Positions 55,712 through 63,028 of a stretch of DNA of 63,028 bases are shown in pieces. The notes below the pieces were generated by a model. That model had not been told where the DNA came from. It saw only the letters and a program-made list of their open reading frames with translations, and made no database searches. The stretch is from a virus. Lineage: Duplodnaviria; Caudoviricetes. The stretch is taken from IMG/VR virus record IMGVR_UViG_3300035188_000849, positions 1 to 63,028 of that record; one strand, 5' to 3'. Numbering within the stretch: position 1 is the first letter of the stretch; each line of letters begins with the position of its first letter. Position numbers and translations under genes: made by a program.

Positions 55712-57359
55712 AAGTTATCTAGGAAACCCAAACTTAAAGGGACCTGGTGTATCAATTGAGTTCACAAAAGAACAAATTGATGAATATGTTAAGTGTGCAA
55801 ACGATCCAATCTATTTCGTAAAAAATTACGTTAAGATTGTAACTCTAGACAGAGGTTTAGTACCCTTTGAACTATACGACTACCAAGAAGACATGGTTCG
55901 TAAGTTCCACGACAATCGTTATATCATAGCAAAATTACCCAGACAGTCTGGTAAATCTACAACAGTAATTGGATATATTCTACATTACATACTCTTTAAT
56001 CAAAATATGAGCGTGGCAATGTTGGCAAATAAACAATCAACTGCTCGCGAAATGTTATCAAGATTAAAACTTGCATATGAGTATTTACCAAAGTGGTTAC
56101 AACAGGGCATCCTAGAATGGAACAAAGGTTCTATTCAATTGGAAAACGGATCAAAGATTTTGGCATCTTCTACTTCGGCTTCCGCTGTTCGTGGTGGATC
56201 GTACAATATGTTGTTTTTGGACGAGTTCGCATTCGTTCCACAAAATATTGCTGAAGAGTTTTTTAGTTCAGTGTTCCCAACTATTACTTCAGGTATCAGC
56301 ACAAAGGTACTGATTATTTCAACCCCTAACGGCTTGAATATGTTCTATAAACTATGGAAAGGTGCAAATAAAAAAGCCGGAGATCCCGGTAAAAATGAAT
56401 ATGTTCCAATAGAAGTACACTGGTCGCAAGTTCCAATCACAGCCGGTGGAAAATTAAGGGATCAAAAATGGAAAGAAGAGATGATAAAGCAAACATCGGA
56501 AAAGCAATTTGAATCCGAGTTTGAATGTAACTTTTTAGGATCTTCTAATACTTTAATATCAACAGCAAAATTAAATTCAATGTCTTGGTCTGATCCAATA
56601 TTACTAACAAAAGAAGGATTGACTGTTTATGAAGAACCAAAAGAAGATCATTTATATTTTATAACAGTTGATACTGCCAGAGGACAAGGTAGAGACTATA
56701 GTGCATTTACTGTAATCGACGCAACATCTTCTCCTTATAAATTGGTTTGTAAATTTAGAAACAATTTAATATCTCCTATGCTTTTTCCAACGGTCATAGA
56801 AAAAACAGGACACAAATATAATAAAGCATATGTGTTTGTAGAAATTAATGATATTGGTGGACAAGTTGCAGATATTTTACATAGCGAATTAGAATATGAA
56901 CACATACTTATGTCTAGCATGAAAGGCAGAAAAGGACAAGTTGTAACTGGTGGATTTGGTAAAGGAGAAGCAGTATTTGGAGTTAGAACCACCAGTCAAG
57001 TCAAACGACTTGGTTGTTCTGTTTTAAAAAATTTAATAGAACAAGATAAATTGCTTTTAGAAGACTACGACATATTAAATGAACTAATGTCATTTGTTAG
57101 TAAAGCCCAAAGTTACTCGGCCGAAGATGGACACACAGATGATTTAGTTATGTCTTTGGTTTTGTTTGCTTGGTTGTCTCGTCAACCATATTTTAAGGAA
57201 CTAACCAATTTGGATACTAGATTGGCTCTATTTAAGAACGAAATCAAACAATTAGAGGAAGATTTGGCACCATTTGGGTTTATTTCTACCTATGACGAAG
57301 AAGATACAAAGACTTTTACTGATGGTAATGATATTTGGAGTACAGAAAGACTAAAATAA
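55692..57359 (+). CDS. gp17: terminase large subunit gp17
   Basis: YLGNPNLK, PRQSGKST, LFLDEFAF, STPNG, nuclease DTARG and DDLVM. Confidence 0.97.
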   Translation: MGKNKDKSYLGNPNLKGPGVSIEFTKEQIDEYVKCANDPIYFVKNYVKIVTLDRGLVPFELYDYQEDMVRKFHDNRYIIAKLPRQSGKSTTVIGYILHYILFNQNMSVAMLANKQSTAREMLSRLKLAYEYLPKWLQQGILEWNKGSIQLENGSKILASSTSASAVRGGSYNMLFLDEFAFVPQNIAEEFFSSVFPTITSGISTKVLIISTPNGLNMFYKLWKGANKKAGDPGKNEYVPIEVHWSQVPITAGGKLRDQKWKEEMIKQTSEKQFESEFECNFLGSSNTLISTAKLNSMSWSDPILLTKEGLTVYEEPKEDHLYFITVDTARGQGRDYSAFTVIDATSSPYKLVCKFRNNLISPMLFPTVIEKTGHKYNKAYVFVEINDIGGQVADILHSELEYEHILMSSMKGRKGQVVTGGFGKGEAVFGVRTTSQVKRLGCSVLKNLIEQDKLLLEDYDILNELMSFVSKAQSYSAEDGHTDDLVMSLVLFAWLSRQPYFKELTNLDTRLALFKNEIKQLEEDLAPFGFISTYDEEDTKTFTDGNDIWSTERLK

Positions 57360-57404
57360 CCAAAACAATAAATAAAAGCAGTAAGGCATCTCTAGGAGAT
57401 TAAC

Positions 57405-58556
57405 ATGGCAACAAGACCTAATGTACAAGTATCTGTAGTAGACAATTCATTCGTCATAGTAGGCGCAGAGGGAGCAAGCACACACGTTTCCGGTATGTTT
57501 AGCCTAACCACACCCTCGCTAGTTGATATATTCGGAACCACCGCAGAAAACGATCAAGGATACATGACAGTCACCTCTTTGGGTGACTGGGTAACTAGAC
57601 TCAATGGTACAACTTATGGTGGAGTAACCGGACAAGGACCAACTGGTGGTTGGAAAACAGATTGGTATTCTGCATATAATTACTTGACATATGGTGGTGC
57701 TCTAAACATAGCAGAATCAGCAACTACATTCTTTGATACCTCTATTCTTCTAGATTCTGTCTTCACATCAACTCTAACTCAATCACAAGCAACAGCAGTC
57801 GAAAACACTGTCTCGGATAGAGCAGATTTAGTTGGAATTATTGGTGTAACTTACGCAGGATATACCGCCGGTGGCACCGTACCATCGGGTGTAACTTCCT
57901 CATTCACCCTAGCAGCAGATTCGAATATCTTTGCTGTTGGTGGAGAAAAAGTTATGTTGGGTCTTTCAAATAGCACAGTTGGCGAAAACTTTGTAACCAT
58001 TCCACTCGCTTCTGATGCCGCTGGTTGCTTTGCTAGAACGGATAGAGATGCAAATGCTTGGTTCTCACCAGCAGGAACCCGCCGAGGTAGAATTCTTAAC
58101 ACAGTTCGTTTGATAAAAAATCCAAAGAACCTAGAACAAGATTACCTTTATACAGCCAAAATTAACTCTGTAATTGGAGTACCGGGTGAGGGAACATTCT
58201 TGTTTGGTGACATAACTCAAGAAGGAACTGCTTCTTCTTCTCTAACTAGAGTTAATGTAGTTAGACTCATCAATTATATCAAGAAGGTTTTAGGAAATAC
58301 TGCAAGAACAGTTCTATTCGAAGTAAATGATTCTGCAACTCGTTCGTTGTTTGGAAATGCTGCAAACGGATTCCTTCAAACCATCAAAGAAGGAAGAGGT
58401 TTGTTTAACTACAGAGTAGTTTGTGATGAAACAAACAATCCAGCAAATATCATAGACGCAAATCAATTTGTTGCCGATATTTACATTCAACCAACCAAGT
58501 CCATCAATTACGTTAAAATTACTATAACTAATCTAAATACTAGCGTACAACTATAA
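57405..58556 (+). CDS. gp18: tail sheath protein gp18 (short form)
   Basis: WFSPAGTRRG, LFGD, RVNVVRL, FEVND, VVCDETNN, IQPTKSINY; AATAAATA at 57367. Confidence 0.9.
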   Translation: MATRPNVQVSVVDNSFVIVGAEGASTHVSGMFSLTTPSLVDIFGTTAENDQGYMTVTSLGDWVTRLNGTTYGGVTGQGPTGGWKTDWYSAYNYLTYGGALNIAESATTFFDTSILLDSVFTSTLTQSQATAVENTVSDRADLVGIIGVTYAGYTAGGTVPSGVTSSFTLAADSNIFAVGGEKVMLGLSNSTVGENFVTIPLASDAAGCFARTDRDANAWFSPAGTRRGRILNTVRLIKNPKNLEQDYLYTAKINSVIGVPGEGTFLFGDITQEGTASSSLTRVNVVRLINYIKKVLGNTARTVLFEVNDSATRSLFGNAANGFLQTIKEGRGLFNYRVVCDETNNPANIIDANQFVADIYIQPTKSINYVKITITNLNTSVQL

Positions 58557-58583
58557 GTAATTTAACACACGGAGAAATAACAC

Positions 58584-59129
58584 ATGAGTATTCATTCAAT
58601 CTCAACATTTACTAGTAATTTTAACGGAGGAACAAGACCAAACCGTTTTAGAATTACTGGTTCAATTCCAGGCCTTGGAAACGCACAAGCATTTCATGAA
58701 ACAGGTATTTACTGCTTGGCATCAACAATGCCCGAAAGCACAGTTGGTATAATTCCAATTCCATTTCGCGGAAGAATTTACAAATTTCCAGGCGATAGGC
58801 AATATTCTGAATGGAATGCAACACTCTTAGATGATACAGGAAATAATGCAACTTGGCAACTTTGGCACGAATGGTCACAAAGATTTAATAGTCACGAAGA
58901 CAACATTGCAGCAGATAGAACTCATATTTCAGAGTTCTGTGCTGATCTAACCATTGAACAACTAGATCACCAATCTGATGCAGTTATTAAATCTACTCAA
59001 TTAGTCAATGCTTGGCCTGTTGTGGTTGGACCAATTGCATTTGACATGGGTTCAGCAAATACACTAACACAATTCCAAGTAACTGTTGCATATAGTCACT
59101 ACACAAGTCCAACCGTAAGAAATCCGTAA
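58584..59129 (+). CDS. gp19: tail tube protein gp19
   Basis: GGTRPNRF, IPFRGR..KFPGDR, NAWP. Confidence 0.93.
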   Translation: MSIHSISTFTSNFNGGTRPNRFRITGSIPGLGNAQAFHETGIYCLASTMPESTVGIIPIPFRGRIYKFPGDRQYSEWNATLLDDTGNNATWQLWHEWSQRFNSHEDNIAADRTHISEFCADLTIEQLDHQSDAVIKSTQLVNAWPVVVGPIAFDMGSANTLTQFQVTVAYSHYTSPTVRNP

Positions 59130-59151
59130 GGATTAAGAAAGTTCTTATATT

Positions 59152-60723
59152 ATGGCATTACCTGATATATTTGGGTTTAGTTTTGGTAAAAAGAAGGAGC
59201 AGGAACCTAATCTAGAATCAACTCAGATTCCAGTAACACCTGAGCCTTACGACGGAACTTATACATTTGAAACTGGAGGAGTCTTTGGTACATCCATTGA
59301 CTTCTCCGGTTCTATTAGGGACGAGAATCAATTAATAAACCAATATAGGGGAATGGCACTACATCCAGAGGTAGATGCCGCTGTAGAGGATATAGTTAAT
59401 GAATCTATTGTTTCTGGTGAAGACAGAAAACCAATCAAACTAAATTTGGATTATGTCAATCTACCAGATACAATTAAGACAAAACTATATTTTGAATACA
59501 ATCAAATATTAAAACTTTTAGACTTTACAAACAAATCACACGAAATTTTTAGAAGATGGTATATCGATAGCAAAATTTATTATTATAAGGAAATAGATAA
59601 ACAAAATCCACAAAAAGGATTGGTTTCTTTAATTCCTATTGATCCAGTAAAGATCAAAAAAGTAAGAAAGATTGAAAAAGAAAGATCAAGAGTAGCAAAT
59701 GGTCAAATTATACCATTTGTAAAAAAGATCGAAGAGTATTATGTTTATACAGACACCGACAAGGAAGCATTATATCCAACTACACCATCTGGGTATAAAT
59801 TTAGTGTAGATTCAATTTCTTACTGTCATTCTGGAATTGTTGATGCTGTAACAAAACGAGTAGTTGGATATTTGCAAAAAGCAATTCGTCCATTGAACAT
59901 GTTACGGCAAATTGAAGATGCGGTTGTAATCTATAGAATATCTCGCGCACCTGAACGTAGAATTTTCTATGTCGATGTTGGTAACTTACCAAAACAAAAA
60001 GCCGAGCAATATCTTAGAGAGATAATGAATCGGTATCGCAACAAATTAACTTATGATTCTGCTACCGGACAAATAAGAGATGACAGAAACCATCTTCATA
60101 TGTTAGAAGATTTCTGGATGCCTAGAAGAGAAGGTGGTCGTGGTACTGAAATTACCACTCTAGATGGTGGTCAAAACTTGGGAGAAATGGAAGACGTTCT
60201 ATATCTCCAAAAGAAACTCTATAGAGCACTAAACGTTCCTATCTCTCGTCTTGAATCTGAAACAGGATTCAATATGGGTAGATCAGCAGAAATAACAAGA
60301 GATGAAGTTAAGTTCTATAAGTTTATAGAAAGACTTCGTTTGAAATTTGCATCTCTGCTAACAGATCTTCTAAAAACACAAGTTATTCTCAAGGGAATAA
60401 TGACTGAGGAAGAATGGAATAAAGTTCAACAAGATATTGCATTTAAATTCAACAAAGATTCATATTTTAACGAACTAAAAGAAAACGACATACTTCGTGA
60501 CCGCTTAGAGATGCTAAATAATCTGTCGGTGTTTGTTGGAAGATATTACTCAGATGAATTCATCCGAAAGAATGTCTTAAAGCAAACAGACGAAGAGATT
60601 ATTGAAATTAACGGTCAGATTGCTAAAGAACAGCAAGAAGCCTTAATCAAAACTGTGGAACAACAACAACAGATGTTGGCTTTGGGAATTCAACCACAAC
60701 CAGAAGAAGGCGAACAACAATAA
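59152..60723 (+). CDS. gp20: portal protein gp20
   Basis: IYRISRAPERRIFYVDVGNLPK, EDFWMPRREGGRGTEITTL. Confidence 0.97.
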   Translation: MALPDIFGFSFGKKKEQEPNLESTQIPVTPEPYDGTYTFETGGVFGTSIDFSGSIRDENQLINQYRGMALHPEVDAAVEDIVNESIVSGEDRKPIKLNLDYVNLPDTIKTKLYFEYNQILKLLDFTNKSHEIFRRWYIDSKIYYYKEIDKQNPQKGLVSLIPIDPVKIKKVRKIEKERSRVANGQIIPFVKKIEEYYVYTDTDKEALYPTTPSGYKFSVDSISYCHSGIVDAVTKRVVGYLQKAIRPLNMLRQIEDAVVIYRISRAPERRIFYVDVGNLPKQKAEQYLREIMNRYRNKLTYDSATGQIRDDRNHLHMLEDFWMPRREGGRGTEITTLDGGQNLGEMEDVLYLQKKLYRALNVPISRLESETGFNMGRSAEITRDEVKFYKFIERLRLKFASLLTDLLKTQVILKGIMTEEEWNKVQQDIAFKFNKDSYFNELKENDILRDRLEMLNNLSVFVGRYYSDEFIRKNVLKQTDEEIIEINGQIAKEQQEALIKTVEQQQQMLALGIQPQPEEGEQQ

Positions 60724-61160
60724 TGACTCTTAGACCAGAATTCACTGCGCTTATCTCAGAAGACAAAGAAGCATTCAAAACCGAATTGACTTCTTTGATT
60801 CAAGTTAAGTTAACTGAAAAGATGGGTGAATTATACGTTAAAGAATGTGCATTGCTGTTCGAAAAGACTAAAGTTTTACCAAAGAAAAAAGAAGAAAAAG
60901 TAGAAATCCAAGAAAACACCGCAGTTGTTTATATGCCAATTGACGAGATCAATAACGCTATAAACACCAACAGAACTAACTGGATGGTTGCTAAGGATGG
61001 TTCTCAACTTGAAGTAACCCCACAAATGGCAAAATATTTGGCAGAACTTTACAAAACTCTAAATAATTCACATAAGGACAAGTTAGTAAACCTCATTCTT
61101 GAATCCGATCATGGATTTAAGAAAGCAGTAAAAACTGCGGAAAAGTTATACCGGAGATAA
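60723..61160 (+). CDS. probable prohead core protein
   Basis: Between gp20 and gp21 where T4 has gp67/gp68. Confidence 0.55.
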   Translation: MTLRPEFTALISEDKEAFKTELTSLIQVKLTEKMGELYVKECALLFEKTKVLPKKKEEKVEIQENTAVVYMPIDEINNAINTNRTNWMVAKDGSQLEVTPQMAKYLAELYKTLNNSHKDKLVNLILESDHGFKKAVKTAEKLYRR

Positions 61161-61162
61161 AA

Positions 61163-61723
61163 ATGGACACCAATAACCTAATCAAAAGCGTAATTCAAGA
61201 AAACATCGTAGAAACCAAAAAGATCGCCCATGAACTTCTAATGCAGAAGTTATCCGAAAGACTTCAATCGAAGTTTGATGAGTACGCTCCCGCTAATTTC
61301 CTAGACGAGTCTGAAGAGGTTGAAGAACAACCAGATTCAGTAGAAGCCGAAAATGAAGAAGAAGAAATTGATGAGGAAATCAATTCTCGTCGTGCTGAAC
61401 TAGCCTCTTTGTTGGAAAAGAAAAAGCACAAGAAAGAAAAAGAGGAAGAGGAGAAAGAGGAAGAAGACGAGGAAGAGAAGGAAATGGGTGAGTATGGACA
61501 CGATGACGAGGAAATGGGTGAAGATGGACTTGTTTATGAAGACGAGTGCGAAGACTGCAAAGAACAAGAAAATGATGCAGAACAAATGAACAAGAAAGCC
61601 TTTGGTATCGCCGAAGGACTTGTTGGTAAACAACACAAACTAGATGTTGCTAAACCAAAGGGAAAACTTACTTCCGCTGATTTCAAGGCACTAAGAAGTA
61701 AAAGAAAAGGAAAGAAAAATTAA
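61163..61723 (+). CDS. acidic prohead core-like protein
   Basis: Poly-Glu tracts; C-terminal QHKLD...ADFKALR motif. Confidence 0.6.
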   Translation: MDTNNLIKSVIQENIVETKKIAHELLMQKLSERLQSKFDEYAPANFLDESEEVEEQPDSVEAENEEEEIDEEINSRRAELASLLEKKKHKKEKEEEEKEEEDEEEKEMGEYGHDDEEMGEDGLVYEDECEDCKEQENDAEQMNKKAFGIAEGLVGKQHKLDVAKPKGKLTSADFKALRSKRKGKKN

Positions 61724-62367
61724 TGAAACTCATTACAGAAACAATAGAAGATATTAATTACCTCGTAGAAGGCACAGGTGATAAAAAGTCCCTCTTTATT
61801 GAGGGAGTCTTTATGGTTTCTGATGAGGTAAATCGAAACGGTAGAGTCTATCCATATGATACTCTAAACAAAGAGGTTGGAAGATATATTACCGAATTCG
61901 TACATTGCAATCGTGCCTTTGGTGAACTTGGTCACCCATCGGGTCCAACTGTTAACTTGGATAGAGTTAGTCACAGAATCATTATGTTAGAGTTCCGTAA
62001 GAACAAAGTTTACGGAAAGGCTAAGATAATGGAAAATACTCCAATGGGTAAAATTGCATATGAACTAATTAACGAGGGAGCAAAACTTGGAGTTAGTTCT
62101 AGAGCAATGGGTTCATTGGTTGAACAAAATGGTAAGAAAATAGTTCAAGGTGATTTGATGCTTTCTGCTGTTGACATCGTTGCAGATCCATCTGCTCCCG
62201 GTGCATTTGTCAATGGAATCATGGAAGGCAAAGAATGGGTTTGGAACAATGGATCTTGGTTGGAAAAAGATCTAATTGAAGCCAAAAACATGATTAAGAA
62301 AACATCATCAAAAAATCTAGAGAAAAAAGCATTAACACTGTTTGAAACATTTATCAAAAATCTTTAA
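61723..62367 (+). CDS. gp21: prohead protease gp21
   Basis: MKLITE, NRNGRVYP, GELGHP, GVSSRAMGS, DIVADPSAP. Confidence 0.96.
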   Translation: MKLITETIEDINYLVEGTGDKKSLFIEGVFMVSDEVNRNGRVYPYDTLNKEVGRYITEFVHCNRAFGELGHPSGPTVNLDRVSHRIIMLEFRKNKVYGKAKIMENTPMGKIAYELINEGAKLGVSSRAMGSLVEQNGKKIVQGDLMLSAVDIVADPSAPGAFVNGIMEGKEWVWNNGSWLEKDLIEAKNMIKKTSSKNLEKKALTLFETFIKNL

Positions 62368-63028
62368 TGCTTCGTTTTTCAAAATACATTTCTGAACAGC
62401 CTGTCTCTGGTGCAGAGGCGGCCGCGGCGGCCAGAGCAAGAACATCTGGAGTCGAAGATATAGATCTAGATGTGTCTTCTCCTGCAAATCAAGCAAGAAG
62501 ATTGCAAGACATCAGAAGTGGTAGATTTGCATCAACAACAAATTTGTCTGCTGTAGAGAGATCGTTGATGCAGCCAAATCCACGCAATACACAAAATCGC
62601 AGGACTGGTAATGTAGTAATTGATCCAACAGAAAACCCAACTTTTTTTAATAACAACCCATTAGTAAATACAGCAAATTTAGGCAGATCTATTAATTCCC
62701 AGAGAAATAGAATTGAAGGAGGTTCAGAAGTAAATGTTCCTCCTATGTTAGATCCTTCCGTTTTAGGAAGACCCGCTGTTAGTGCCGCATTGGGAAGAGA
62801 GGGAAGAACTCCTACCCAATTTGCTGTTCCTCAAACAGTCGGAAACCAAGGAACTGGTTTTAGTGGTGTTGGTATAAGAGCACAAAATAGACAAGCCGCT
62901 GCTGCACGACTAGGACAAATTCAAACATCAAAAGGAATGGGTATAATGAGGACCCTACTTGGTGCTGTTGCTTCTTCGATGCAAAGACAAGACATTAAAG
63001 CAAGAAAATTTGGAGCGAGCGATAGAGC
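62367..63028 (+). CDS. 3'-truncated probable internal head protein (MLRFSKYISEQ...) not in ORF track
   Basis: Open to window end; TAATG coupling; N-terminus resembles the T4 capsid-targeting sequence. Confidence 0.65.
   Translation, partial: MLRFSKYISEQPVSGAEAAAAARARTSGVEDIDLDVSSPANQARRLQDIRSGRFASTTNLSAVERSLMQPNPRNTQNRRTGNVVIDPTENPTFFNNNPLVNTANLGRSINSQRNRIEGGSEVNVPPMLDPSVLGRPAVSAALGREGRTPTQFAVPQTVGNQGTGFSGVGIRAQNRQAAAARLGQIQTSKGMGIMRTLLGAVASSMQRQDIKARKFGASDR

Noticed and set aside
1-63028. CRISPR array, introns, inteins, homing endonucleases
   Set aside because: No regular repeat-spacer pattern seen; terminase, portal and other core genes are uninterrupted and of normal length
1-63028. Stop-codon reassignment
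   Set aside because: Core genes are intact in code 11, TAG ends gp33 and gp26, and no suppressor anticodon was found

Overview
63-kb segment of a large T4-like myophage genome (AT-rich, standard genetic code). The first ~16 kb is an accessory and translation-related island: GMP reductase, DenV-like glycosylase, His-rich J-domain protein, Zn-dependent deaminase, SpoU/TrmH methyltransferase, RMF-like protein, 11 tRNAs (including Ile-UAU and a short-arm Leu-UAA), one non-canonical Cys-type tRNA-like element, a circularly permuted (two-piece) tmRNA and several unexplained structured RNAs. The rest carries gp33, gp32, a minus-strand tail-initiation block, a baseplate block, four very large Cys-rich fibre-like proteins (three ending in Lcl/DUF1566-like domains) and the gp13-gp21 neck, terminase, tail, portal and protease block. 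Most notable: (1) the permuted, minimised phage tmRNA; (2) a gp51-like reading frame with no upstream start codon, reachable from gp26 by a -1 shift at U-UUU-UUA, in a tube/G/GT/tape-measure-like gene order; (3) non-canonical tRNAs; (4) a pseudoknotted leader and other candidate ncRNAs; (5) a hidden DksA/TraR-type zinc-finger frame. All calls come from motif recognition and manual base-pairing; no searches were run.
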